The notes under the pieces are model-generated. The model worked only from the letters and a program-made list of their open reading frames with translations, was not told the DNA's origin and made no database searches. From the NCBI GenBank assembly GCA_015655445.1, contig JAATFA010000108.1, positions 26,410-90,409 of the forward strand: 64,000 nt of DNA, given 5' to 3'. Within the stretch, counting starts at the first letter, position 1. Every line of letters begins with the position of its first letter. A program made the translations under genes and the position numbers. Positions 55,377 to 64,000 of this stretch are shown here, piece after piece. This DNA comes from Actinomycetales bacterium (GTDB lineage: Bacteria > Actinomycetota > Actinomycetes > Actinomycetales > Microbacteriaceae).

Positions 55377-58295
55377 GTGACCGCAGCATCGCCGCACCAT
55401 CCGCCATCCGTCCGCGCCTCGTCGCGCGCCCGCCGCACCGCGGCCGCGCTCCTCGTCGCCGCCCTCGCGGCGGCGCCCGCGCTCCTCGCCGTCGCTCCCG
55501 CGCAGGCCGCGCCCGGCGACGTCACGGGCGGGAGCGCCACGTGGGGCATCGACGCCGACCACCGGACGAGCTTCGCCGGATCCCTCACGCAGCTCTCGGG
55601 AGGCGTCACCCAGGCCCAGTCCGGCGGCCCGTTCACGTTCCCCGTCGACGCGAGCGCGTCGAGCTGGGACGGCACGTCCGGCACGATCCGCCTCGCCGGC
55701 ACCGTCAACCTCGGATACCTCAACAGCCAGCCGGGCACGTCGGTCGGCAACTACGTGTACGTGCAGGATCCCGTGATCACGATCTCGGGGACGACGGGCA
55801 CGATCACGGCCGTCACCGCCGGGAGCTCCCACAACCAGCTGGACGAGCTGCCGACCGCGCCGCTGCAGTCCCGCCAGATCGCGACGATCGACCTCTCCGC
55901 CGCGCCGGCGGTGAGCGGGGACGGCAGCACGACGACCTGGACGGACGCGCCCGTCGCGATCACCTCCGCCGGTGCCGACGTCATCGCGGGCTTCGTCGAC
56001 GGCCGGAGCTTCGTCCGCCGCGCGACCGGCTCGCCCCTCGACCCCATCACGATCACCCTTCAGCGCGAGGCGGCGCCCCCCGCGGCGGCCACGACGACGA
56101 CGCTCACGGCCTCGCCGAGCGGCTCGGCGGCGGAGGGCGACGAGGTGACCTTCACCGCGACCGTGAGCCCCGCCGCCGACGGGACCGTGACGTTCTCCGA
56201 CGGCGGCACGCCGCTCGCCGCGCCCGTGCGCGTCGAGGCGGGCACGGCCGTGCTGCGCACGAGCACGCTCGCGCTCGGCGACCACTCGGTGACCGCCGAG
56301 TTCGCGCCCGCGGATCCCGCGGCCTATCGCGCCTCCGCCTCGGAGGCCGTGTCCTACCGCGTCGAGGAGCGCAGCGCGCCCGCGGACGTGCCGACGACGA
56401 CGCAGCTCTCGGTCGCGCCTGCCGCGCCCGTGACCCTCGGCACGACGACGACCCTCACGGCGACCGTCGCCGCCGACTCCGGCACGCCGACGGGCACCGT
56501 CTCGTTCACCGACGTCCGCGCGGGCGGCGGCACCGCGCCCCTCGGCGAGGCCCCCGTCGCCGCCGACGGCACCGTGACCCTGCCCGTGCAGCTGAGCGCG
56601 GGCGGCCACACGTTCTCGGCGCGCTACGTGCCCACGGGATCCTTCGCCGAGTCCTCGGCGACGACGACGGCGAACTACGGCGTCGTCGACGCATCCCAGC
56701 CGGCCCTGTGCACGCCGGGACCGGACGCCCGCACGGCGACGGGCGCGAGCGTCGACTGGGACTACTCGGCCTACAGCAGCGGATGGGACAAGTACGCGTC
56801 CGGCGACGTCTCGGTCGACGGGGAGACCTTCCACCTCACGGGCGGCACGGTCGTCGCCGACGCGACGTGCGCGACGGTCTCCTTCACGGGCTCGCTGCGC
56901 GTGGAGGCCTACGCGGCCTTCCTCCCGCCGCACGGCGCGTGGGTCGAGCTCGTGGACCCCGCGCTCACGATCGCGGCGGACGGGTCCGGAGCGTGGACGG
57001 CGGGCGTGCGCTCGGGCTCGAACTCGTACACGGGGCAGGAGCCCGCGCCGCGCGTCGCGGTCGCGACCGTCTCGGGCGCGCACGTGCCCGACCTCGCCAC
57101 CGCGGGCTCGAGCACGATCGCGCTCGACTACGCGGGCACGACGGCTCCCGGTACGTGGTCGGGCGCGTTCACCGACGCCTGGTCGAACGGGTTCGTCCTC
57201 GCCGTGACGCCGAGCATCCGCGCGTTCTACTACCAGTCGAAGTCCGTCGACACGGATCCCATCCAGGCGCAGAAGGCACCCTCCGCGCTCGCGTTCGCGT
57301 GGCAGGCCGCCCCCGAGCAGCCCCAGCCCGGCGGCGGGTCGCAGCCGGGCACGCCGGCGATCGCGTTGAGCGCGTCGAGCGTCGCGCAGGGGCAGGACCT
57401 CACGATCACCGGCATCGACCTGCCCGCGGGCGCGGCCGTCGCCGCGACCGTGCACTCCGACCCCGTCGACCTCGGCACGCGCACGGCGGGCGCCGACGGC
57501 TCCGTCGCGTTCGTGTGGACGGTGCCCGCCGACTTCGCTCCCGGGCAGCACACGGTCGAGCTCGCCTACGACGGGGGAACGGTCGCGGCGCCGTTCACGG
57601 TGACCGCCGCGGCGGCTCCGGCCGAGCAGCAGGCGTGCGTCGCGCAGACCGTGTCCGGGGCGACCCTCTCGTGGGGCCTGAAGGAGAGCTTCCGCACCTA
57701 CATCACGGGCGGCATCGCCAACGGCACGATCTCCGGGTCGGGCGTCGCCGTGAGCGACTCGGGCTTCCGCTGGAGCGGCGGCTCGGGCAGCTACAACCCC
57801 GCCGAGACGCGCGGCGTCGTGTCGTTCGCGGGCTCGGTGCACTTCACCGGCCACGACGGCGCGCTCGACCTCACGGTCGCGAACCCGCGCGTGCGGATCA
57901 CCTCGCCGAGCTCGGCGGTGCTCGTCGTCGACGTCCACTCGAAGGCCCTCTCCGGCCCCGACGTGGATGCGAAGGGCGTGACCTTCGCAACGCTCGCCCT
58001 CTCGAGCGGATCCGCGCGCACGTCGGGGGGCACCGTGTCGTTCTCGAGCGTCCCGGCGACGCTCACGGCGAGCGGTGCGACCGCGTTCGCGGGCTTCTAC
58101 AGCGCGGGCGAGGTCCTCGACCCCGTGACGGTGACGCTGCCGCTCGGCGCGGAGACGGAGTGCGACGCGACGACCTCGGGCGAGCTCGCCTCGACGGGCG
58201 CGACTCTGCCGGCCCTGTGGCTGCCGGCGGCGCTCCTCGCCCTCGGTGCGGGTCTCGTCGTGCTGCGCCGCGTGCGGCGTCCCGCGGCGCGGTGA
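55377..58295 (+). CDS. Cell-wall-anchored HtaA-domain heme-acquisition protein with Ig-like repeats
   Basis: Signal peptide; canonical HtaA domain (WGLKESFRTYI...FTGHDGALDL...AFAGFY); two divergent HtaA-like domains; Ig-like repeats; LASTG + TM + basic tail. Confidence 0.88.
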   Translation: MTAASPHHPPSVRASSRARRTAAALLVAALAAAPALLAVAPAQAAPGDVTGGSATWGIDADHRTSFAGSLTQLSGGVTQAQSGGPFTFPVDASASSWDGTSGTIRLAGTVNLGYLNSQPGTSVGNYVYVQDPVITISGTTGTITAVTAGSSHNQLDELPTAPLQSRQIATIDLSAAPAVSGDGSTTTWTDAPVAITSAGADVIAGFVDGRSFVRRATGSPLDPITITLQREAAPPAAATTTTLTASPSGSAAEGDEVTFTATVSPAADGTVTFSDGGTPLAAPVRVEAGTAVLRTSTLALGDHSVTAEFAPADPAAYRASASEAVSYRVEERSAPADVPTTTQLSVAPAAPVTLGTTTTLTATVAADSGTPTGTVSFTDVRAGGGTAPLGEAPVAADGTVTLPVQLSAGGHTFSARYVPTGSFAESSATTTANYGVVDASQPALCTPGPDARTATGASVDWDYSAYSSGWDKYASGDVSVDGETFHLTGGTVVADATCATVSFTGSLRVEAYAAFLPPHGAWVELVDPALTIAADGSGAWTAGVRSGSNSYTGQEPAPRVAVATVSGAHVPDLATAGSSTIALDYAGTTAPGTWSGAFTDAWSNGFVLAVTPSIRAFYYQSKSVDTDPIQAQKAPSALAFAWQAAPEQPQPGGGSQPGTPAIALSASSVAQGQDLTITGIDLPAGAAVAATVHSDPVDLGTRTAGADGSVAFVWTVPADFAPGQHTVELAYDGGTVAAPFTVTAAAAPAEQQACVAQTVSGATLSWGLKESFRTYITGGIANGTISGSGVAVSDSGFRWSGGSGSYNPAETRGVVSFAGSVHFTGHDGALDLTVANPRVRITSPSSAVLVVDVHSKALSGPDVDAKGVTFATLALSSGSARTSGGTVSFSSVPATLTASGATAFAGFYSAGEVLDPVTVTLPLGAETECDATTSGELASTGATLPALWLPAALLALGAGLVVLRRVRRPAAR

Positions 58296-58405
58296 GCCGT
58301 GACCGCGTGAGCCCGATGGTGGCGGGCTGAGCGCCGTGGGCCGGTTCCGGGACTCCCGGGCCGGCCCACGGTCGTCCGCCGGGGCGCGCTCGGTATCCTG
58401 ACGGG

Positions 58406-58702
58406 GTGCCGGATCGCGCGCTGCTCGACCGCAACGCCGTCCTGCGCGTGCGGCGTCTGCTCGGGCGTGCGGGGCCGCCGCCCGCGACCGTCGACGAGCG
58501 GGAGTGGCGGCGGCAGCGCGACGCGCTGCTCGACCGCTTCGAGGCCGGGCAGGCCGTCGACGCGAGCGCGGAGGAGGTGCGCGCGCTCGTGCGCTTCCTC
58601 GGCGAGGCGGGGCCGTCGCGCGAGTCGCGCCTCACGCGGTCCGAGTGGCGGGCTGCCGTCGACGTGCTCGTGCCCGAGCTGCTCGCGACGCTCCTGCCCT
58701 GA
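58406..58702 (+). CDS. Hypothetical protein
   Basis: Typical codon bias; TATCCT 6 nt before GTG. Confidence 0.6.
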   Translation: MPDRALLDRNAVLRVRRLLGRAGPPPATVDEREWRRQRDALLDRFEAGQAVDASAEEVRALVRFLGEAGPSRESRLTRSEWRAAVDVLVPELLATLLP

Positions 58703-58769
58703 TCGACCCGCCTGCCGTCTCCCGCATGCCGTCCCGCCGCCGCCGCCGCGGTCCGCGCCGACCGTCGCG

Positions 58770-59102
58770 TCAGTCGATCGTCGCGTCGTACCGCGTCCAC
58801 CCGGGGCGGGCGTGCACGCCGTCGCGGTCGACGCGCTCGACGTCCTCCCAGCGCAGCAGGAAGATCCCGCGATGCCGCCAGCGCAGCACGACGGCGATCG
58901 GGTATGGCGCACGCATCGTGCGCCGCTCGTAGCCGAGGAACGACGAGCCCGTGTGCGGGCTCACGAGCAGCCCGAACAGGCGCGCGGCCGCGAGCTGGCC
59001 GTCGAGAGGCCCGTCGAGCACGAAGCGCGCGTCCGCGACGCGCCCGAGGGGCGCCCCCGCGGGGTCGGTCACGGGGACGCCGAGCAGGTCACTCAGGATC
59101 AT
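58770..59102 (-). CDS. PRC-barrel-like protein
   Basis: LSDLLG.PV.D..G..LGRV.D...W.DV. Confidence 0.75.
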   Translation of the reverse strand: MILSDLLGVPVTDPAGAPLGRVADARFVLDGPLDGQLAAARLFGLLVSPHTGSSFLGYERRTMRAPYPIAVVLRWRHRGIFLLRWEDVERVDRDGVHARPGWTRYDATID

Positions 59103-59493
59103 GGCGTCCCCCCGGGATCCGGCGGATGATGTGGTCGCGCACCCAGCGCTCGCGCCACGTCGCGTCGACGTCGTCGGCCTCGATGGTCAGCCGTATCGCG
59201 GTGCCGACGTCGGCGACGTGCCGCCACGGGATGCGCTCGAGCGTCGAGGACGGCGGCCGGCCGCCGACGACGCGCGTGGAGAGGGCCGTGCCGTTGAGGA
59301 TCGCGAGGATGCGCGGTCGCTCCGCCCCCTCGAGCGACTCGCCGACCGGCACGTCCCCGATCTCGAGGTCGTCGGCGGTCTGCACGGGCTCGCCGTGCAC
59401 GTCCTGCACCTGCCGATCGAGCAGATGCAGGGCCGCGTCGAGCACGCGCCCCCGGTACTCGGGACGCGGCAGACGCTCGCCCTCGTCGGTCAC
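59089..59493 (-). CDS. PRC-barrel-like protein
   Basis: LDAALHLLDRQV.D..G....DDLE...IPW..V..VG; GTGA-coupled to the transporter. Confidence 0.7.
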   Translation of the reverse strand: MTDEGERLPRPEYRGRVLDAALHLLDRQVQDVHGEPVQTADDLEIGDVPVGESLEGAERPRILAILNGTALSTRVVGGRPPSSTLERIPWRHVADVGTAIRLTIEADDVDATWRERWVRDHIIRRIPGGRHDPE

Positions 59494-60719
59494 GCTCCGG
59501 CCCCCGTCGCGATCATGAGCGGGATCGCCGCGATCGCGGCGACGAGGATGATGACGAGGTAGACCATGCCGACGACGTTCGTGATCCGCCCGTTGACGTG
59601 CTCGCCCATGTACTCGGGGTCGTTCGCGACGATGAGGATGGGCAGGTAGGTGAGGGGCAGTGCGATCGCGGAGAAGACGACCGAGTACTCGGTCACCTGC
59701 ACCGGATCGACGCCCGTCGCGAGCACGCCCATCGCGATGACGAGCCCGATCATGATCGTCAGGTGGAAGCGCGCGGCGCGCGTGGGCCGCCGGAACTTGC
59801 CCCACGACCAACCGAAGAACTGCGCGAGCGTGTAGCCGGTCGAGAGCCCGGTCTCGAGCGCGGCGCCGAAGGTCGCGGCGACGAAGCCGACGATAGCGAA
59901 CGCGACCGCGAGCTTGCCGCCCGCCTGCGCGATCGGCAGGAGCACCTGGCTGAGCGAGGTGACCTCGACGTTCTGCGGCATGAGCACGAGCGCGGCGCAC
60001 GCCGCGAGCGCGAGCGTGAGCAGCCCGCCGAGCGGGAATCCGACGAGCACGTTGAGGCGGGACTGCGCGAGGTCCTTGAGCGTCCACTTCTCCTCGACGG
60101 CTCCCGAGGAGAAGAAGAACACCTCGTACGGCGTCATGGCGGAGCCGAAGAGCGCGACCGCGTAGTACCAGTAGGTGCCGGCGCTCTCGCCGGCCGGCAC
60201 GGGCGAGGTGAGCGCTTGCGTCGCGAGCGAGGACCAGTCCGGGTGCAGCAGGAAGACGGCGACGGCGAAGACGACGAGCGCGAGGCCGAGCATCCCCGTC
60301 ACGTTCTCCATGAGGTCGTACTTGACGCGCCAGATGACGAGCCAGACGCCGAACGCCGCGACGGGGATCCACGCGCCGGGCGCGACCGAGCTCGCGAGCT
60401 GCAGGGAGAGCGCGATCCCGCCCACCTCGGCGGTGAGCGTCATGAGGTTGATGAGGAAGGACGCGATGAGGTTGGCGGCCCCGGCGCGGGGGCCGAGGCG
60501 CTCGCGGATGATCTCGAACGTCGCCCGGCCGCTCGCCGCCGCGACGCGCCCGGACATCTGCGCGAAGAGGCAGATGCCGACGACGCCGACGACGACGACC
60601 CATGCGAGGCTCAGGCCGAAGCGCGAGCCGACGACGGAGCTCGTCACGAGGTCGCCGATGTCGAGGAAGCCCCCGATCGCCGTGAGCACGCCGAGCGCGA
60701 CCGCGAACAGGCCCTTCAC
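59490..60719 (-). CDS. NRAMP-family-like divalent metal transporter
   Basis: GGFLDIGD, MSGR, AEVGG, MTPYE.FF.S; ~11 TM. Confidence 0.85.
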   Translation of the reverse strand: MKGLFAVALGVLTAIGGFLDIGDLVTSSVVGSRFGLSLAWVVVVGVVGICLFAQMSGRVAAASGRATFEIIRERLGPRAGAANLIASFLINLMTLTAEVGGIALSLQLASSVAPGAWIPVAAFGVWLVIWRVKYDLMENVTGMLGLALVVFAVAVFLLHPDWSSLATQALTSPVPAGESAGTYWYYAVALFGSAMTPYEVFFFSSGAVEEKWTLKDLAQSRLNVLVGFPLGGLLTLALAACAALVLMPQNVEVTSLSQVLLPIAQAGGKLAVAFAIVGFVAATFGAALETGLSTGYTLAQFFGWSWGKFRRPTRAARFHLTIMIGLVIAMGVLATGVDPVQVTEYSVVFSAIALPLTYLPILIVANDPEYMGEHVNGRITNVVGMVYLVIILVAAIAAIPLMIATGAGA

Positions 60720-61135
60720 GGCGCCTCCCCCGTCGCAACGGTCGCGCGCGCGAGCTCGGCCTCCACGCGATCCCAGTCGGCGGCGGGCGCGCGCCCCGCG
60801 TCGACGGCGTCCCGGGCGTCGGCGAGCAGCCGCACCGCGTCGTCGATCGCGCGCGCCGCCTCGTCCCGGATCCGCCGGTTGACACGCGTCGACGCGCCGA
60901 GCGCGGCGATGCCGGACTGCGCCTGCGACGCCTTCGTGAGCGCATCGTCGAGGGCCGTCGCGGTCACGGGGTGCGTCGAGCGTCCGCGCGCGTCGAGCTC
61001 GACGGCGAGACGCGCCGTGCGCACGGCCGACCCCGCTTGGTCGAGGGAGGACGCCGACCCCTGCCGCACGCCCGAGCAGCCGGCGAGCGCTGCCGCGAGG
61101 AGGAGTGCCACGACCGCGGCCGCCCACGTTCGCAC
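60716..61135 (-). CDS. Putative lipoprotein
   Basis: GTG after GAGGAGG; LAGC lipobox; helical body. Confidence 0.7.
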   Translation of the reverse strand: MRTWAAAVVALLLAAALAGCSGVRQGSASSLDQAGSAVRTARLAVELDARGRSTHPVTATALDDALTKASQAQSGIAALGASTRVNRRIRDEAARAIDDAVRLLADARDAVDAGRAPAADWDRVEAELARATVATGEAP

Positions 61136-61340
61136 ATCGCCTCCTCGCTCGTCCCCTCCATGAGAGCGGGGAGGCACAGGGATCTGCAACCGGTCTGAAT
61201 GCCAGCTGAGTGCTGGGTGGGCGCGGCCGTGGATCGACGGGTCACGGCACGCGCCCGGCGCCCCGCCCCGTCGTCGCGCGCGACCGCGATCACGGGGCGG
61301 CCGCGGTCGGGGGCCGAGCGCGAGCGGGTAGCGTGGGGAC

Positions 61341-62327
61341 GTGGAACAGCGGATCCTCGGCAGGACGGGCGCGCGCGTGACGTGCATCGGACTCGGCACG
61401 TGGCAGTTCGGCGGCGACTGGGGGGACGTCTCGCGCGACGACGCCTTCGCGATCCTCGACGCCGCCGTCGAGGCCGGCGTCAACCTCGTCGACACGGCCG
61501 ACGTCTACGGCGACGGGCGCAGCGAGAGCATCATCGGCGACTTCCTCGCCTCCCACCCCGGCGCAGGCGTGTTCGTCGCGACCAAGATGGGGCGCCGGCT
61601 GCCCCAGGATCCGTCCCACTACACGCTCGAGAACTTCCGCGCGTGGGTCGACCGCTCCCGGCGCAACCTGCGCATGGACACGCTCGACCTCGTGCAGCTG
61701 CACTGCCCGCCGACGGAGGTCTACTCGATCGACCGCGTCTTCGACGACCTCGACACCCTCGTCGGGGAGGGCCTCATCGCCCACTACGGCGTGAGCGTCG
61801 AGAAGACGTCCGAGGCGCTCGCCGCGATCGCCCGCCCGCACGTCGCGACCGTGCAGATCATCATCAACGCGTTCCGGCTCAAGCCGCTCGACGACGTTCT
61901 GCCGGCCGCGCGTGCCGCGGGCGTGGGCGTCCTCGCGCGCGTGCCGCTCGCATCGGGCCTCCTCAGCGGCCGCTACACGCGGTCCACGCGGTTCCCGGCG
62001 CGCGACCACCGCACATACAACCGGCGCGGCGAGGCGTTCGACGTGGGGGAGACCTTCTCGGGCGTCGACTTCGAGACCGGGGTCGAGGCGGCGCGCGAGT
62101 TCGCCGCGCTCGCCGACCGGTTCGGGCTCGCGCCCGCGACCGCCGCGCTCGCGTGGGTCGCGCAGCAGCCGGGCGTGACGAGCGTCATCCCCGGCGCGCA
62201 CACGGTTGAGCAGGCGCGCGCGAACGCCGCCGCGGGCGAGGTGGGAGCCCTTCCCGCCGAGTTCCTCGAGGGCGTGCGCGAGCTCTACGACCGCTACTTC
62301 CGCGCGACCGTCCATCCGCGCTGGTAG
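61341..62327 (+). CDS. Aldo/keto reductase
   Basis: GLGTWQFG, DTADVYG, QLHCP, RVPLASGLL. Confidence 0.94.
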   Translation: MEQRILGRTGARVTCIGLGTWQFGGDWGDVSRDDAFAILDAAVEAGVNLVDTADVYGDGRSESIIGDFLASHPGAGVFVATKMGRRLPQDPSHYTLENFRAWVDRSRRNLRMDTLDLVQLHCPPTEVYSIDRVFDDLDTLVGEGLIAHYGVSVEKTSEALAAIARPHVATVQIIINAFRLKPLDDVLPAARAAGVGVLARVPLASGLLSGRYTRSTRFPARDHRTYNRRGEAFDVGETFSGVDFETGVEAAREFAALADRFGLAPATAALAWVAQQPGVTSVIPGAHTVEQARANAAAGEVGALPAEFLEGVRELYDRYFRATVHPRW

Positions 62328-62605
62328 CGGCGGAGCGCGACGCGGCGGAGCGGTGCGGCGGCGGTGCCGTGCCCGACGGTGGCGGCGCGGCGTGGGTGCG
62401 GTGCGGCGCCCGACGGGGGCGGCGCGGCCCGGCGGGCGACGGTCGATCGCCCGCTGCGGCCGACCGCGGCGGACCCTGTTGCTCCGTGCGGCCGACCGTG
62501 GTGATCCCCGCGGGGAATGCGCGGTCGCCGCGTGCGTTGGACTCCCGCGGGAGCCCTGGGGCGTCCGCACCCGCGGACAGGGGAACCACCGGACAGGAGG
62601 ATGTG

Positions 62606-63163
62606 ATGGCACGGCTCATGATCGTCGTCGGCAGCGTGCGACCCGGGCGCATCGGGATCGCGGTCGCCCAGTGGGTGCGCGAGGCGGTGGAGCGCCACGG
62701 CGGCTTCGAGATCGACTTCGTCGACCTGCAGGAGCTCGCGCTGCCGTTCATGGACGAGCCCGTGCATCCGCGTCTGCGCCAGTACACGCACGAGCACACG
62801 ATCGCGTGGAGCGCCCGCGTGGACGCCGCTGACGCGTTCGTGTTCGTGACGCCCGAGTACAACTACAGCTACTCGCCCGCGCTCAAGAACGCGCTCGACT
62901 ACCTGCACCAGGAGTGGTGGCGCAAGCCCGTGGGCTTCGTGAGCTACGGCGGGGCGTCCGCGGGCACGCGCGGGGTCGCGTCCCTCATGCCCGTGCTCGG
63001 CGCGCTCGGGCTCGTGCGCACGGGCGCGAACGTCGAGCTGCCGTTCGTCACGAGCTACATCGTCGGCGACCGCTTCGTGCCGCAGGAGAAGGAGGCGGCG
63101 ATCCTCGAGCACGAGCTCGACGAGCTCGCCGGGCTCGCGGAGGGTCTCCGGCCGCTGCGCTGA
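62606..63163 (+). CDS. NADPH-dependent FMN reductase
   Basis: GSVRPGR, TPEYN.S....LKNALD, SYGG. ATG after AGGAGG. Confidence 0.93.
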   Translation: MARLMIVVGSVRPGRIGIAVAQWVREAVERHGGFEIDFVDLQELALPFMDEPVHPRLRQYTHEHTIAWSARVDAADAFVFVTPEYNYSYSPALKNALDYLHQEWWRKPVGFVSYGGASAGTRGVASLMPVLGALGLVRTGANVELPFVTSYIVGDRFVPQEKEAAILEHELDELAGLAEGLRPLR

Positions 63164-63193
63164 TCCTCCGTGCGGCGCGCGGTGAGGGTGCGC

Positions 63194-63273
63194 GGAGTGG
63201 CGCGGCAAGCGAGGAGTGGCGCGGCAAGCGAGCGGGGAGTGGCCCGCAGCGAGCGGGGAGTGGCGCGCGGCGA
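63194..63273. repeat. Short intergenic tandem repeat (GGAGTGGCGCGGCAAGCGA-like, x4)
   Basis: Four degenerate 19-23 bp units. Confidence 0.7.
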
Positions 63274-63353
63274 TCTGCGCGCGCGGATCTGCTCGCGGCG
63301 GCCGAGCGGGCCCGCGGCTTCCCGTGGCACGCTCGAGACGGCAGGATGAGCGC

Positions 63354-63713
63354 ATGACGCTCTCGACGGCCGCGCGTCCGCGTCGGGTGTGGGACCTCGT
63401 CCTCTCGATCGTGCTGCTCCTGCTGCTTGCCGTGCTCGGGGCGGTCGCGAGCTTCTTCGCGGTCTTCCTCGTCTTCGTGAGCGACTCGTGCGGCTCGTCG
63501 TCGACGTGCGACACGGGACGGATGGGGCTCGGGTTCGTCGTCGCCTTCATCGGGGTGTGGGTGCCGTTCCTGCCCGTCCTCGTGCTCACGATCGTGCAGC
63601 TCGTGCGCCGCCGGATCGCGTTCTGGCTCCCGCTCGTGGGCGCTGCGCTCGTCGTCGCGATCTGGGCCGAGGGCGCCGTCCTCGCCGTCGTGAGCCTGCG
63701 CCCCTCCCCCTGA
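63354..63713 (+). CDS. Small membrane protein (DUF6264-like)
   Basis: R.WDLVL.IVLL, SDSC....C, RRRIAFWLPLVG. Confidence 0.7.
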   Translation: MTLSTAARPRRVWDLVLSIVLLLLLAVLGAVASFFAVFLVFVSDSCGSSSTCDTGRMGLGFVVAFIGVWVPFLPVLVLTIVQLVRRRIAFWLPLVGAALVVAIWAEGAVLAVVSLRPSP

Positions 63714-63729
63714 CCCCTCCCCCTTTCGC

Positions 63730-63787
63730 CGAAGTGTGAGTTTGTGCGGGTTTGCGGACCCGCAAACCCGCACAAACTCACACTTCG
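63730..63787. repeat. 58-bp palindromic element, copy 4
   Basis: cgaagtgtgagtttgtgcgggtttgcgg-ac-ccgcaaacccgcacaaactcacacttcg. Confidence 0.95.
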
Positions 63788-63837
63788 CGCGCCGTGCCGG
63801 TGCGCCGTGCGGCGCGTGCGGGCGCGCCGTGCGCGGG

Positions 63838-64000
63838 TCAGCTGGGCGGGAGGGGGACCGGCTCGGTATCCGGGATGGGGCCGGGCTCCCGGCCGCGCAG
63901 GTCCGGATGCGCGCGGTGGAAGGCCGCGGGGACGACGGCCCCGACGAGCGCGAAGGCCGCGGCCGTGAGGAAGCCGCCCGCCGCCCCGACGCCGTCGATG
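63838..64000 (-). CDS. C-terminus of a probable MFS transporter (partial)
   Basis: IDGVGAAGGFLTAAAFALVGAVV...PDTEPVPLPPS*; stop at 63838-63840. Confidence 0.55.
   Translation of the reverse strand, partial: IDGVGAAGGFLTAAAFALVGAVVPAAFHRAHPDLRGREPGPIPDTEPVPLPPS

Noticed and set aside
62330-62600. GC-rich hairpins upstream of the FMN reductase as a riboswitch
   Set aside because: No FMN-riboswitch or other conserved motifs; the pairing is explainable by GC content.

Overview
This is a high-GC actinobacterial chromosome segment, Microbacteriaceae-like by gene content; no taxon can be proven from the window. Most long ORFs in the supplied track are GC shadow frames. (1) 1-10.4 kb is a conserved core block: degenerate SF1 helicase/REase, small PPHY protein, mscL, FmdB, 5-FTHF cyclo-ligase, galU, RimJ-like GNAT, nnrE, cytosine permease and deaminase, GlpR/SepX-like membrane protein and tRNA-Ala(CGC). 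(2) Directly after the tRNA lies a ~0.7 kb scar of serine-recombinase, Mrr and IS3 fragments. (3) 11-41 kb is an accessory tract of divergent regulator/enzyme pairs. It also holds a LacI-controlled sugar ABC plus ADP-ribosylglycohydrolase cluster, an archaeal/eukaryote-type ProRS preceded by a ~290 nt candidate structured RNA, and a citrate synthase / HTH-citrate synthase pair. (4) 40-49.5 kb is a flavin monooxygenase and peptide-type ABC catabolic operon. (5) 51-58 kb is a DtxR/IdeR-boxed heme uptake and degradation locus. (6) The last 6 kb carry an atypical NRAMP operon and redox genes. The most notable non-coding signals are four copies of a fixed-length 58-bp near-perfect palindrome, three of which delimit consecutive regulator/enzyme cassettes, and the candidate ncRNA at ~22041-22331. 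All assignments come from motif recognition by eye; no database searches were run.
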